A DNA stretch of 64,000 bases from the NCBI RefSeq assembly GCF_030028105.1, contig NC_092397.1:24934630-24998629 (forward strand). The letters are read 5' to 3'. Of the stretch, positions 24,563 through 38,894 are shown one piece after another. The translations under genes and the position numbers were made by a program. Every line of letters starts with the position of its first letter. Within the stretch, counting starts at the first letter, position 1. The notes beneath the pieces are model-generated. The model searched no databases. It saw only the letters and a list, made by a program, of their open reading frames with translations, and was not told the DNA's origin. Source of the stretch: Mobula birostris. Its lineage: Eukaryota.

Positions 24563-24750
24563 CCTGCCCGAGAAACGCGCAGAGAGACAGAGGCGGGGAG
24601 GGGAGGAGACAGAGTCAGAGTGACGGACAGAGCCGAGAGCGGCCTCTCATCGTCCAGCTCCGTCTTCACTTTAATACACCCGGCAATTTCCAACGGTTTG
24701 TCCGAAACACAGAGCTCCAGAGAGAGAGAAAAAAACGCCCTCTAACACCA
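24563..24750 (-). promoter_or_regulatory. Orphan duplicate of the H4 promoter, with no coding sequence
   Basis: Near-identical to 25654-25835 (CCTGCCCGAGAAACGCGCAGAGAGACAGAGGCGGGGAGGGGAGGAGACAGAGTCAGAGTGACGGACAGAGCCGAGA..). Confidence 0.85.
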
Positions 24751-25218
24751 CGTACAGAAGGAGTTCTAGGAATTTACTGGCGGTCGGACTTCATCGGATC
24801 AGAATACAGTGTGATTGGCGCAGGATCAATTTCAAATTGCCCGCCAATTTCAGAGCACCCAGCAACGGTGCTGGAAGACTTTTTAAAAAATTATTTACCG
24901 TTAGTTTTATCACGCATTATACAATTTCAGTTTCATTTAATAAATTTAATATCTAATCCCCTGAGTTAAGATTTAAATGCATAATTACGGAGTCGCTTCT
25001 CTAAACGAGTGAACTGATTCCTGTCCGAGACGGATAAAAGAATGAAGATCGATCTTAACGCGTTCAGAGGTTCTGAAGTAATCACCGACTGGAAAGGCAG
25101 ATTCGCAGGAATATTGCAAACCGAACCGATTAATGTGTTTCAAATGTAACTCAGCTGAATGTATCGATAAAAATAATTAAAAGGTTGTGGATACGGCTCC
25201 GTCTGTGAGGCGGTGGGT

Positions 25219-25234
25219 GGCTCTTAGAAGAGCC
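25219..25234 (-). terminator. Histone 3' stem-loop (H4)
   Basis: Minus strand GGCTCTTCTAAGAGCC followed by ACCCA. Confidence 0.95.
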
Positions 25235-25267
25235 TTTGTTTCGTGCTCGGGAGGAAGTGGGAGTTTT

Positions 25268-25588
<321 letters not shown>

Positions 25589-25632
25589 TCACTCAGGTCG
25601 CTGCTCACTGACAAACTGCCTGCTGCTGTCTC

Positions 25633-25700
25633 CTTTCATACACAGCGCCCCGACCTGCCCGAGAAACGCGCAGAGAGACAGAGGCGGGGAGGGGAGGAGA
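25633..25700 (-). promoter_or_regulatory. H4 promoter: TATGAAA, site II-like CAGGTCG, GC boxes
   Basis: Minus strand ..GGGCAGGTCGGGGCGCTGTGTATGAAAGG.., about 55-80 nt upstream of the ATG. Confidence 0.6.
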
Positions 25701-25889
25701 CAGAGTCAGAGTGACGGACAGAGCCGAGACCGGCCTCTCATCGTCCAGCTCCGCCTTCACTTTACCACAACCGCCAATTTCCAACGATTCATCCGACACA
25801 AAGCGCTCCAGCGAAAAACAAAACTCCCTCACACACAGTCTGAAAAGAACGAGAGCCAATATCAGGCTAATAAACATGGTGGGACTGAT

Positions 25890-27850
25890 GGGCTGAAATG
25901 AGTTTATTTCAACACTAGGAGTACTATGTTATCGGACGGACAGGGCTGGCAGCTCAACATTCCTGGGTTTCATTGTTTTACATGTGAGTGGGGGGTTAAA
26001 AATGCAGAGGTTACCTCACTGGGAATGTCACAGCAAACAGAGGCAACCTGCAGTTACACTGTTGGGGTGTTTGTATTGGCCCCGCAACAACCAGTGGGGG
26101 GACATTATCTTCTCTAGATTAACTGGAACTTGCTTAATTCTTAAATGCGCCAGATTTCTTCAGTGAATCTGAGAGGTGTTTGAAACATTATGTACAGGGC
26201 CCAACCAGAGGTGAGAACAGTTGGGAATGAGCCAGGCCAGGTGACAGTTGAGAGTCAGTGAACATTTTGGGAACAGTGATCACAAGTTTCTTTTTTTCTT
26301 AGTTACAAGTAAAAATAAAAGTAGATCTTGTATGAAGGTACTAATTTGCAGGAGGACAAGTCAGGACGGAGGAAGACAGGAGCCAAGGGACATTGTTTGG
26401 GACAAGTCCACATCTGATGTGTGGGAGTTGTTTAAAGACCAGCAACTCTGAGTTCAGGGTCAGCATGTTCCGGTGAGGAGTGAGGAGAAGGATGGTAAGT
26501 AAGGGATCTTTAGACAAGCAGAGAGATCCTAAATTTAGTCAAAAGGTTATGGAAGGTTTGTGAAGCTAAAGTCAGACTGGGTACCTTTGGAATATAAAGG
26601 TAGCAGGGAAATGCTAAAGCAGGTGATAGGAAAGGCCAAAAGGGGCCACAAACTGTCCTTGTAATGTAGGACCAAAGATGATCCCAAGGCCTTGTGATTT
26701 GTATTAATAAGACGAGGATAACCAGAGAATAGAAATGTCGACTCAAGATTAAAGGAGGAATGATGTGGTTGAAGTCAGATCAAGTGGCTGAGGTACTGAA
26801 TGAGTATATTGTGTCAGTATTTACTGAAGTGAAGGAATTGAATGGCAATGAAAACAGAATGAGGCATGCGAATGTGCAGAGACATTTTGAGATTAAGGAG
26901 CAGGTTGTGCTGGGACGTCTGAAAAGCAATAAGATGGATAAGACTCCAGGGCCTGAAGGCAAATATCCTACAACAGTGAAAGAAACAAGTGAGCAGATTG
27001 CCGGTGATTTGACAAGGATCTATGTGTCCTCGATAACAACATGTGAGGTCCCACAGGACTGGAGTGTCGGAAATGTTGCAGCTTTGATCAAGAAGGGAAA
27101 TAACAAGAATCCAGGAACCTATAGGCAAGGCAGCCTCATTTCAGTGGTAGAGAAGCTACTGGGGAGGATACTGAGGCACAGGATTTATGCACATTCGGAA
27201 AGGCATGGTCTGCTTAGGGACAATCAACATGGTTTTGTGTGGGCAGATCATGCTTGATAAAATTGATTGAGGTTTCTCAGGAAGTGACACAGGCTAAGAT
27301 ATAGGAGCAGAATTCAACCATTTGGCCCGTCGTCTGCTCTGACATTTCATTGTGGCTGATCCATTTTTCCTTTCAGCCCCAGTCTCCTGCCTTTCCCCTG
27401 TATCCCTTCATACTCTGACCAATCAAGAATCTATCAACCTCTGCCTTAAATATACATAAAGTCCTGGCTTAACAGCTCCCTGTGGCAATGAATTCCACAG
27501 ATGAACCACTCTCTGGCTAAAGAAATTCCTCATCTCCACATTCTACAAGGATGCTCCTCTATTCCGAGGCTGTGTCTTGATATTAGACACTCCCATCTTC
27601 TGCACATCCACTTTATCACTGCCTTTCACCATTCAATAGGTTTCAATTGGGCCACCCCTCATTGTTCAAAAATTCCAGTGAATACAGGCCCAGAGCCATC
27701 AAACACTCTTCATACGACAAGATGTTTCATCCTGGAATCAATCTGGAGAACCTCCTTTGAAACCCATCGAGTTTCAGCTCATCCTTCCTAAGATGAAGAG
27801 CCCAAAACTGCTCACAATACTCCAGTGAGACCTCCACAGTACTTAATAAA
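25890..27850. mobile_element. CR1 EN-RT fragment (+, 25890-27290) abutting a CR1 3' end (-, 27295-27850)
   Basis: EHFGNSDH; VAEVLNEYIVSVFT..DKTPGPEG..VPQDW..NQHGF (ORF 26760..27257); LEYCEQFWALHLRKD on the minus strand. Confidence 0.85.
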
Positions 27851-28039
27851 GTCTGATCATTATTATGATTGGCGCAGATATTGTGAGACGAAGGGCAGGT
27901 TGCCATCTGTTCCATATTGTGTACTGATGAATATGTTTGATCTAACAGTAATTGCAGGGACATGGTTACAGAGACTGGGACTTCGACATTCCACTATATT
28001 CAATGTTCCACACGGAATTGGCAAAATGTAAGTTATTAG

Positions 28040-29525
28040 GTTTTATTGTTTTGCAATGGATTTAATTTGGCTTTTTTGACACTGATCAACAGAAAAGACT
28101 ATGGTGTCAAAGTGAAAACAGATCTAAATTAATTGTAAATATGGAACAAAATAATTCATTGCCTTAGTATTTACCTCCTTCAAATCCGTAATTAGTTGAT
28201 GCACCTTTGGCAGTATTTACAGTTGAGTCTGTGTCGATAGGTGTCTATCAGCTTTGCACATCTGAACACTGCAATTTTTCCACATTCTTCTTTACAAAAC
28301 TGCAGAAGCTCTGTCAGAATGCATGGGTTAGTGAGCGAACACTTCTTTTCAAGTCCAGCCACAAATTCTCAATTGGATTGAGGTCTGAACTCTCACAAAG
28401 CCACTCCAGGACATTAACTTTGTTGTTTTAAGGCATTCCTTTGCAGCTTTGGTTTTATGCTTGTGGTCATTGTCATGCTGGAAAATTAATTTTCTCCTAA
28501 GTTGCAGTTCATTTGAAGACTGAATTTGGTTTTCCTCCAGGATTTCCCTGTATTTTGCTGCATTCATTTTACCCTCTACCTTTACGTGCCTTTCAGGGCC
28601 TGCTGCAGTGAAGCACACCCACAGGATGATGCAGCCTCCACCACACTTCACGGTAGGGATGGTGTGTTTTTGATGTTGTGCGGTGCTTGGCTTACTCCAA
28701 ACTTAGTGTTTGTGATGGTCAAAAGGTTCAATTTTGTTTTCATCAGACCATAGAATCTTCTTCCAACTAACTTCAGAGTCCTCAACAATTCTGGGAAACT
28801 CCAGGGAAGATTTCATCAGAGCATTTTTCAACAGTGGCTTTTTCTCTGCCACTCTCCCGTAAAGCTGCGACTGGTGAAACACCCGGGCAACAGTTGATGT
28901 ATGCACAATCTCTCCCACCACTGAAGCTTGTAACTCCTCTAGAGTTATCATAGGTCTCTTGGTGGCCTCCCCCACTGGCCCCTTCTTGCATGGCCACTCA
29001 GTTTTTGAGGATAGTCTGCTCTTGGTAGATTTACAGCTGTGCCATATTCTTCCCACTTCTGGATGAGTGACTTAACTATACTCCAAGGGCATTCAGTGAC
29101 TTGGAAATGTTCTTGTATCCATCTCCTGGCTTGTGTTTTTCAATTACCTGTTTGCAGAGCAGCTCGGAGTGTTGATTTGTCTTCACGGTGTAGTTTCTCC
29201 CAGGATACTGACTCACCAGCAGTTCAACCTTCTACTTACAGGTGTACTATTACTACAATCAATTGAAACACCTTCACTGCACACGGTGATCCCCATTTAA
29301 CTGATCATGCAACTTCAAAAACTAATTGGCTGCACCAATGATGATTCGGTGTGTCATATTAAAGGGGGTGAATACTTAAACAGACAATTATTTTGTGTTT
29401 TTGATTTGTAATTAGTTGAGAGCATTTTGTGGAGATTTGTTTTCCCTTTGACACAAAAGATTCTTCTTCCATTGATTGGTTTCAAAAAAAGTCAAATTCA
29501 ATCCACTGAGATTCAATGCTGTAAA
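28040..29525 (-). mobile_element. Tc1 DNA transposon, decayed
   Basis: WKKILWSDENKIE and KCGGGCIILWVCF..KMNAAKYREILEEN..FQHDNDHKH. Long imperfect inverted repeats at about 28040-28180 and 29360-29525. Confidence 0.9.
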
Positions 29526-29559
29526 TTTTCATAGGAACTTTATATGTAGGGACAATGAT

Positions 29560-32500
29560 GGTGAAAGGGGGAGGGAAAGACAACATTGGTAGGAGTGGCC
29601 TCAAGATCCTGAGGTGTGGTCAAAGGCATTCAAGGAAATATTAAATCAAAGAACATACAAAGAGGCGCTGGTGGTGCACAAGAGAATCAGAGATTTTCTA
29701 GGAATCAGTGAAAAGCTAAAAGTAACAAGGAACACGCAGAGAAGTTAACTCAGTAATTTGCATTAGTGTTCACAGTGGGACACAGCAAACATCCCACAGA
29801 TATCTAACGGTGACATTTCAACATTGTGCCATAATGTATAACAATTGGCATCACAAGGGAGAAACTAATGGGGCTAAAAGCAAACATTACCAGGTCCCAA
29901 CGACCTGCACTGGAGGGTTTCACAGGAAGTCTGTAGAGAAAGTAGAGACATTGAAGTCTGTCAAAACTCACTGTTACAGAAAGGTCCCAGTGGAGTTGAA
30001 AACCATTGCTGAAGAAGGGTGGAAGATAAAAAGCAGGTAACTGTAGTCCTGTTAACTTCACTTCAGGTACTGGAGTTGATAATCTATCAAGAAATAACAA
30101 ATCATTTGGAAAAGTTTAATGTCTACAGTCAGGTTCACACAGATTCCACGATGACCAAAGTTCCCATCTGAGCTCGTGGTCTGTAACCCCCTCACCACCA
30201 CATTATGAAGAAGGTTATCCTCCTCCTTGTCCCATTTCTCTGCATTTGGCCCAGATACTTCAAAACCTTTCCTTTCCATCTACCTGTCCAAGTGCCTTTT
30301 TAATGTACCTGACTCAACCACTCCCCCTAGCAGCTCTTTCCATTTCCAGCTTCCAGGTCTCTCATGATTTTATACACCTCTGCAATATCAGCACTCATTC
30401 TCCAACATTACAGGGAAAATTATCCGAAACACCTTTCCACAAATCCTTTGAGATCCAGTAACATCCCCGTAAATCTCCCCTGTACTCTTTCCAGCTTAAT
30501 GGTGTCTGTCATACAGCAGGGTCACAAAAACTAAACACTATTTGCGAAATGTGGCCAAACCAATGTGTTGTACAACTGCAACATCTCATCCCAGTTTCTA
30601 TATTCGGTGCCCTGACTGAAGGCCAGTGTTCCAAAAGCCTCTTCACCACCCTGTCCATCTGGAACCTGGTCTTGGACCCTGTAACCTGGGTTGTTGAATG
30701 TTAAGTCATGTTTGACTAACATACCAGAGATTTGAGACTTTACAGGGGAAGTTGGAGAAGTGGTGTTCTTGGATTTTCGGGAGCCATTTGCCAAGGTGCC
30801 ACATGTAAGGCTGGTGCACAAGACCAGAGCTCAGTACTGGGAAGGAAGTGTGTTAATACTGACTGAAGACTGGTCATCATACTGAGACAGAATAACAGGT
30901 CTGTTTCAGACTGGGATGATATTACTAGTGGAGTGTCCCAGTGACCAGTTCTGGATTGTCAATGATTTATTATTGATATTAATGACCCGGAGGAGGGGCA
31001 GAGAGTGAGGAATCCACGGTGGCAATGACAGGGAATGTGGTGGGGGACATGTTGTGATTGGACATTTCATCTCTTCAATGGGACATGGGGAAGCTGGTGA
31101 GTAGAATACTTGGTAAATGGAGTTTAATGTGGTGAAGTGTGATGACATGTAGAATGGTAGGAGGAATCAAAAGTCAGACTATGATTTATGTGGAGATAAA
31201 TTGTAAATGAGAGAAATAGAGAGGGGTCGAGGTGCTGAACTACACAACAAAACAGAGACGGGAGCAGTGAGTGGTTCATAAAACCATATATGACCAAGGT
31301 TCAGAGGTGAATGGTTCATTGACATTTACTGCTGGGGTGTTGGTGCAGAGAAACAGAGAAGTGTTGTTACTGTGACAGACAAGTGCACAATGATGGATTT
31401 TGGGAAGTTAAAGCAGGTCAGGACGTACCCAGTGAATGGAGGGTCCTGAGGAGTGTTGATGAAAGAGAAACCTGGGGCACAGGTAAGCAATTCCCTGCAA
31501 GTGCCAAGACAGGTAGACAAGGTGGTGAAGAAGGAGCACGACATGCTTGTCTTCATCAGCAAAGGCTCTGAGAGGAGTTGGGACATCACATTACAGTTGT
31601 ACAAATCAATAATGACACCACACCAGGAGTACCCTGTGCAGTTCTGGTCACATGAGAGGAAGGATGTGATTAAGCTGGAAAGGTGCAGAAACGATTCACA
31701 GGAATGTTACCTGGACTGGGGGCTTGAGTTACAAGGAAAGATCAGACTGACTGAGACTGTTTTCCCTGGAGTGAAGGAGACTGAGGGGAGACCTGACAGA
31801 AGATTATAAAACTATGAGAGATGTAGACAAGGTAAACAGGCAGGATCATTTTGCCAGGGTAGAAATATCAAATATGAGAAGGCGCAGCTTTAAAATGCCA
31901 GGGTGAGAATTTAAAGGTGGACGTTAGGACAGGTAAGATTTCTAATTCCGTACAGAGAGTGGTGAGGGCCGGGTATGGGCTGCCATGGGGAGTGGTGGAA
32001 GCAGATATGATAATGACATTTAACAGGGTTTTAGACAAGCCCATGAATATTCAGAGAATTGAAGCACATGAATTATAAGCAGGCAGAAGAGGTTTGTTTC
32101 ATTTGACATCATGTTCAGCACAGACATCATGGGAAGAAGGGTCTGTTCCTGTGCTGTACTGTTCTGTGTTCTCAGTGAGCCTCAGTGACAGGGGGAGTCT
32201 TTAGCCGGGGTCACAGACAGGTGTATCTGTGGTAAGGAGAGAGACTGCACAGTGGTGCATTACCTCCCTGGTACCAGGGTCGAGGATGGAAATGAACAAG
32301 TACAGGCCATTCTGAAAGGGCAGGGTGAGCAGCCAGAGGTAGTGGTCCATATTGGCACGAACAAAAGAGAAAAGTCCTGCAAGGAGAGCTTAGGGAGTTG
32401 GGGAAAAAGTTAAGTGGAAACTCTGTGGTCGGGGGGGGGGGGTGGAAATCCCAGTGCCACCTGCTAGCGAGGGAAGAAATACAAAGGTGGTACCGTTATA

Positions 32501-32570
32501 TGTGTGGCTCACGAGCTGGTGCAGGATGGAGGGTTTTAGTTACATGGATCATTGGGCTCTCCTTCAGGAC
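29560..32570. mobile_element. Mosaic of degenerate CR1 fragments
   Basis: LQLYKSIMTPHQEYPVQFWS (ORF 31453..31809), LQLYNTLVWPH on the minus strand, and an ORF1 esterase remnant at 32200-32570. Confidence 0.7.
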
Positions 32571-32689
32571 AGGTGATGGGAAGAGTAAGAGGTCAGTAAC
32601 TGGCAGTGATGGATGTGGATTAACACAGAAAGCAACTCCAAATGGATAAATTAGTGTCTCAGCAGCATTACAAGTGCACACATCTACAA

Positions 32690-33075
32690 ATATCAGAAGA
32701 GAAGCAAGAGAAAGAATAAAAAGTAAGTTACCTCCAACAGTCTAACGTGGGGGGGGGGGGGTCATCACTTCCCCGGCTATAGGTTGACTCATTATTGACC
32801 CTGATGGCCCAGTGTAAGAATGACTTCATACAGCGCTCCTTGGAGCAGCAGAGTTGTCTTAGTCTGTTACAGAAGATGCTCCTCTGTTCAGCCAAGGTGG
32901 CATACAGAGGGTGAGAAACATTGTCCAGAATTGCCAGGATTTTCCGTAGGGTCCTTTCTGCTACCACGGCCTCCAGTGTGTCCAGTTTGACTCCTATAAG
33001 AGCCAGCCTTTCCAATCAGTTTATTGAGTCGGATGGCATCACCCGTGTTGGTGCCATTGGCCCAGTCCACACACT
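32690..33075 (-). mobile_element. Rex1/Babar LINE 3' fragment
   Basis: AIRLNKLIGKAGS and LEAVVAERTLRKILAILDNVSHPL..RLRQLCCSKERCMKSFL. Confidence 0.8.
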
Positions 33076-34324
33076 GATCATGCAGAATGTCACAAGGTCA
33101 AGGTCATCCCAGAGGCTAATCCAGTAAGACAATCTGGATAGAAATCAGGAATAGGAAAAGTGCAATCACTATGATAGGGTTATACTGTAGGCCTCCCAAT
33201 AGCCAGTAAGAGACAGAAACAGATATGTTAGCAGGTTATGGGATGATGTAAAAATCAACAGAGTAGATTTGGTGAGTGAATATCTCCTCAGAGTAACTGG
33301 GATTCTCTTACACCCTGAGGCTTGGATGGAGCATTAAGGTTTCCTGAAACAATATGTCGTCCACCAGGGAGGGGGACATTCTTGACTTCACCTTGGGAAA
33401 TATGGGACTCAGCGGAGTAGTGGCAGGAACAACCAGTTTTCAAAGAGGAATTAGACAGGTCCTTCAGGAGAAATGACCTGCAGTGCTGTGGGGACAGAGT
33501 GGGGAATGGGACCGTGGAAATGTTGTAGCAGGAGTTAGTATTAACTTGACGGGTCAAATAGTCTCGACGATCACAGAATGATTCTCTGCCCAATAATAGT
33601 CTGAAAAAATCATTCTGGTCGCCAGTGAATCTTCCAAGCTCCAGGATGGACAAGATCAATTGTGTAATAAGGACACACTTCTGTCGAAACACTGACACTG
33701 TATACCAAGCACACTGAGCTGCCAGAGCACAGCACCGGCCAGTGAGGACACAGACCAGTACAACACCCGGCTCTCTACTACAAAGTTCAAAGCTGAAAGT
33801 AAATGTATTATCAAAATACATTTCTGTCACCATATGCAACCCTGAGATTAGTTTTCTTGTGGGCATACTGCTGGTTTGTTAGAGCGGTCGGGGAGGGTTT
33901 AAACTAATTTTGCAGGGGCGTGGGAACAGGCGTGAAAGGATGCAAGATAGGACAGATGGTAAAAAAGCAAAGATAGCATGCAGTCAGGAAGGGCAGGCAG
34001 ATGATAGGACATAAATGCAGCCAGCAGGGTGAGTATCAGTGCATGAGGGATGCAGAAACAATTATGGTAGCAAATACAGTACTCAAACTGTTATATCTCA
34101 ATACCCAGAGTCTACTAAATAAGGTGGATAATCTTATTGCCCTGTTATGGATTGTCATGTTTAATGTTGTGACCATCACTGAATCACGGCTGAAGCATGT
34201 TTGTAGTTGGGAGCTAAGTGCCCAAGGTTACACGTGTCAGAGGGACAGGAAGGTGGGCAATGGGGATGGCGTGGCTCTGCTGGTAAAGAATGGTAACAAA
34301 TCGGTAGAAAGATGTGACAAAGGA

Positions 34325-37300
34325 AGCATGTGTGTGAGGCCGGTGTTCTGTACTCGGTGTCAGATGTGGGAAGTTCTGGAGTCTCCCAGCCTCCTGGACG
34401 GGAATATCCGCACCCAGTGTGTCGAGCTGCGGCTCCCAAGGGATTGCGTTAGGGAACGGGAGTTGCAGCTCGTTGACCTTCGTCTGGTCAGGGAGAGCGA
34501 GAAGGTGATTGAAGGGAGTCATAGGCAGGTGGTCGAACCGGGACCACAGGAGACAGACAAGTGGTTAACAGTCAGGAGAGGGAAGGGGAAGAGTCAGGTA
34601 CCAGAGAGTACCCCTGTGGCTGTCCCCCTGTACAATAAGTACTCCTGTTTGAGTACTGTTGGGGGGGGGGGGTTGGGGGGGAGGAACAGCCTACCTGGGG
34701 GAAGCAACAGCAGCCAAGCCTCTGGCACAGAGTCCGGCCCTGTGGCTCAGAAGGGCAGAGAAAGGAAGAGAAAGGCCGTACTGATAGGGGACTCTTTAGT
34801 TAGGCGACTCTGTGGATGCAGGAAAGAAACACGGATGGTAGTTTACCTCCCAGATGCCAGGGTCCGGGATGTTTCAGATCATGTCCAAAATATCCTGCAG
34901 TGGATTGGAGAACAGCCAGAGGTCGTGGTACATATTGCTACCATTGACATAGGTAGGAAAAGGGAGGAGGTCCTGAAAAAGGACTACAGGGAGTTAGGAA
35001 GGAAGTTGAGAAGCAGGAGAGCAAAGGTAGTAATCTCGGGATTACTGCCTGTGCCACGGGAAAGTGAGTATAGGAATAGAATTGAGGTGGAGGATAAATG
35101 TGTGGCTGAGGGATTAAAGCAGGGGGCAGGGATTCAGATTTCTGGATCACTGGGACCTCTTTTGGGGCAGATGTGACCTGTACAAAAAGGACGAGTTGCA
35201 CTTGAATCCCACGGGGAGCAATATCTTGGTGGGGAGGTTTGCTATTGGGGAGAGTTTAAACTAGAACTGTTGGGAGGTGGGAACCAAACTGAAGAGACTG
35301 GGGAAGAGGCGGTTGGCTCACAAATAGAGAAAGCTTGGAGACGGTGTGTGAGGGAGGACAGGCAAGTGATAGAGAAGGTACGTGCTCAGACCAATGGTTT
35401 GAGATGTGTCTATTTTAACGCAGGGAGTATTGTGAACAAAGCAGATGAGCTTAGAGCATGTATCACTACTTGGAGCTATGGTGTGGTGGCCATTACAGAG
35501 ACTTGGATGGCTCAGGGACAGGAATGGTTACTTCAAGTGCCAGGTTTTAGATATTTCAGAAAGGACAGGGAGGGAGGCCAAAGGGGTGGGGGCGTGGCAC
35601 TGTTGATCAGAGATAGTGTCATGGCTGCAGAAAAGGTGGACGTCATGGGGGGATTGTCTACGGAGTCTCTGTGGGTGGAGGTTAGGAACAGTAAGGGGTC
35701 AATTACTCTACTGTGTGTTTTTCATAGTCCACCCAACAGTAACAGGGATATCGAGGAGCAGATAGGGAAACAGATAAGAATAAGAGTCGTAGTGGTGGGA
35801 GATTTTAATTTCACAAATATCGATTGGCGTTTAGATAGGGTGGAGTTTGTTTGGTGTGTTCAGGAAGGTTTCTTGACACAATATGTAGATAAGCCTACAA
35901 GTGGAGAGACTGTACTTGATTTGGTATTGGGAAATGAACCTGGTCAGGTGTCAGTCCTCTCAGTGGGACAGCATTTTAGAGATAGTGATCATAATTCTAT
36001 CTTCTTTGCAATAGCATTGGAGAGAGCTAGGAACAGACAAGTTAGAAAAGCGATTAATTGGAGTAAGGGGAATTATGAGGCTATCAGGCAGGAACTTGGA
36101 AGCTTAAATTGGGAACTGATGTTCTCAAGGAAAGGTACGGGAGAAATGTGGCAAATGTTCAGGGAATATTTCTGTTGTCATGTGTGTCGCCAAGCAGAGC
36201 TACCGGACGGATGATGCTAATGAGAGAGATAATGGAGGACAATGGAGAAACATATTGACAGACCATTTGCTTTGAACCTGAATAGTTTGAAGTTTGATGG
36301 ACAGGTGATACCCCAGCAGGGGGATAAAAAGAGGCACGAGACACGCCACGAGACCCTGGAAAGGGCAGTGTGCCCCCACAAGTTGGTGGAGTTTGGAGGA
36401 CCGGTTCGCGGGAATTGATCAGATGCTCTCAGGGTGTGTGTCCGCCCTTGCCTGAGTGCCGGGTTCACTGCGGAAGAACGATCGTATCCGGAACAGAGTG
36501 GCCACAGTCAGTGACCACAGCGGGATCAGAAGATATCAAAAGATCTGCCCGAAACCAACTGCATCTCTATATATCTCTCTCCCTCCCTCCCTCCAACGGT
36601 ACAACAACAGTGATTACTTCGAACTGCACTAAACTGAACTGAACTCTGCTTAAGACTGATCATTTTACCCCTAGACTACGATAGTGCTTGGTTGATTCCT
36701 ATTACCCTATTTCTGTGTATATGTGGGTATTATCATTGCGAACCTGTTACATTTATATCCTTGCAATTAGTGTACTGTATTACTTATTTCCTTAATAAAA
36801 ATTTAATAGTTCCTAGTAATCACAGACTCCAACAAGCGTTCCATTTCTGCTGGTTTAGCAACCCAGTTATGGGGTACGTAACAGTGTGGAGTTCTGCATA
36901 GGTATGTTCCAATCAAGGCTGCAGTAAATCTAGACAAGAAGAAAAGAAAAGCTTACAAAAGGTTCAGAGGGTGAGGTAATGTCAGAGATCTAGAAGATTG
37001 TCAGGCTAACAAGAAGGAGCTTAAGAAGGAAATTAGGAGAGCCAGAAGGGGCCATGAGAAGGCCTTGGTGGGCAGGATTAAGGAAAGCCCCAAGGCATTC
37101 TACAAGTATGTGAAGAGCAAGAGGATACGACTTGAAAGGATAAAACCTATCAAGTGTGACAGTGGGAAAGTGTGTATGGAACCAGAGGAAATAGCAGAGG
37201 TACTTAATGAATACTTTACTTCAATATTCACTACAGAAAAGGATCTTGATGATTTTAGTGATGACTTGCAGCAGACTGAAAAGCTTGAGCATGTAGATAT

Positions 37301-38894
37301 TAAGAAAGTGGATGTGCTGGAGCTTTTGGAAAGCATCAGGTTGGATAAGTCGCCGGGACAGGATGAGATGTACCTAGGATACTGCGGGAGGCGAGGGAGG
37401 AGATTGCTGAGCCTCTGGCGATGAACTTTGCATCATCAATGGGGACAGGAGAGGTTCCGGAGGATTGCGGATGTTGTTCCCTCATTCAAGAAAGGGAGTA
37501 GAGATAGCCCAGGAAATTATTAACCAGTGAGTCTTACTTCAGTGGTTGGTAAGCTGATGGAGAAGATCCTGAGAGGCAGGATTTATGAGCATTTGGAGAG
37601 GAATAATATGATTAGGAATAGTCAGCATGGCTTTGTCAAGGGCAGGTCGTGCCTTACGAGCCTGATTGAATTTTTTGAGGATGTGACTAAACATATTCAT
37701 GAAGGGAGAGCAGTAGATGTAGTGCAAATGGATTTCAGCAAGGCATTTGATAAGGTACCTCATGCAAGGCTTATTGGGAAAGTTAGGAGGCATGGGATCC
37801 AAGGGGGCAATGTTTTGCGGATCCAGAACTGGCTTGCCCACAGAAGGCAAAGAGTGGTTGTAGACGGGTCATATTCTGCATGAAGGTCGGTGAGCAGTGG
37901 TGTGCCTCAGGGATCTGTTCTGGGACCCTTACTTTTCGTGATTTTTATAAATGACCTGGATGAGGAAGTGAAGGGATGGGTTAGTAAGTTTGCTGATGAC
38001 ACAAAGGTTGGGGGTGTTGTGAATAGTGTGGAGTGCTGTCAGAGGTTACAGCGGGACATTGATAGGATGCAAAACTGGGCTGAGAAGTGGCAGATGGAGT
38101 TCAACCCAGATAAGTGTGAAGTGGTTCACTTTGGTAGGTCAAATATGATGAGAGTATATAGTATTAATGGTAAGACCCTTGGCATTGTGGAGGACCAGAG
38201 GGATCTTGGGGTCAGAGTCCATAGGACACTCAAAGCAGCTACGCAGGTTGACTCTGTGGTTCAGGTGGCATACGGTGCATTGGCCTTCATCAATCCTGGA
38301 ATTGAACTGAGGAGCCAACAGGTAATGTTGCAGCTATATAGGACCTTGGTCAGATGCCACTTGGAGTACTGCGCTCGGTTCTGGTCGCCTCGCTACAGGA
38401 AGGATGTGGAAACCACATAAAGGGTGCAGAGGAGATTTATAAGGATGATACCTGGATTGGGGAGCATGCCTTATGAGAATAGGTTGAGTGAACTCGGCCT
38501 TTTCTCCTTGGAGCGACGGGGGATGACAGGTGATCTGATAGAGGTGTATAAGATGATGCGAGGCATTAACTGTGTAGATAGTCAGAGGCTTTTTCCCAGG
38601 GCTGAAATGGCTGCCACAAGAGGGCACAGGTTCAAGGTGCTTGGGAGTAGGTACAGAGGAGATGTCAGGGTAAGTTTTTTTTACACAGAGAATGGTGAGT
38701 GCGTGGAATGGGCTGCCAGCAATGGTGGTAGAGGCCGATACGATAGGGTCTTTTGAGAGACTTTTGGATAGGTACATGGAGCTTAGAAAAATAGAGGGCT
38801 ATGGGTAACCGTAGTAATTTCAAAGGTAGCTACATGTTTGGCACAACTTTGTGGGCTGAAGGGCCTGTATTGTGCTGTAGGTTTTCTATATTTC
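34325..38894 (+). mobile_element. Near full-length CR1 LINE (ORF1 zinc finger plus SGNH esterase; ORF2 EN-RT), frameshifted, joined to an older CR1 fragment (33865-34325)
   Basis: CTRCQMWE, AVLIGDSLVR, CVYFNAGSI..VAITETW, VVGDFNF, DSDHN, QHGFVKGRSCLT, DFSKAFDKVPH, SGVPQGSVLGP, KFADDTK; 3' end TGTGCTGTAGGTTTTCTAT. Confidence 0.95.
36176..36883 (+). mobile_element. Solo LTR (probably Gypsy-type) inserted in CR1 ORF2
   Basis: Termini TGTCATGT..ACGTAACA, imperfect 4-bp TSD CTGT/GTGT, GATAAAAA at about 36324 and AATAAA at about 36794. The CR1 sequence resumes on both sides. Confidence 0.75.

Noticed and set aside
34001-35176. 391-aa ORF as a novel endonuclease-zinc finger-esterase fusion
   Set aside because: It is a chance in-frame junction of an old CR1 endonuclease fragment with ORF1 of a second CR1, with degenerate motifs.
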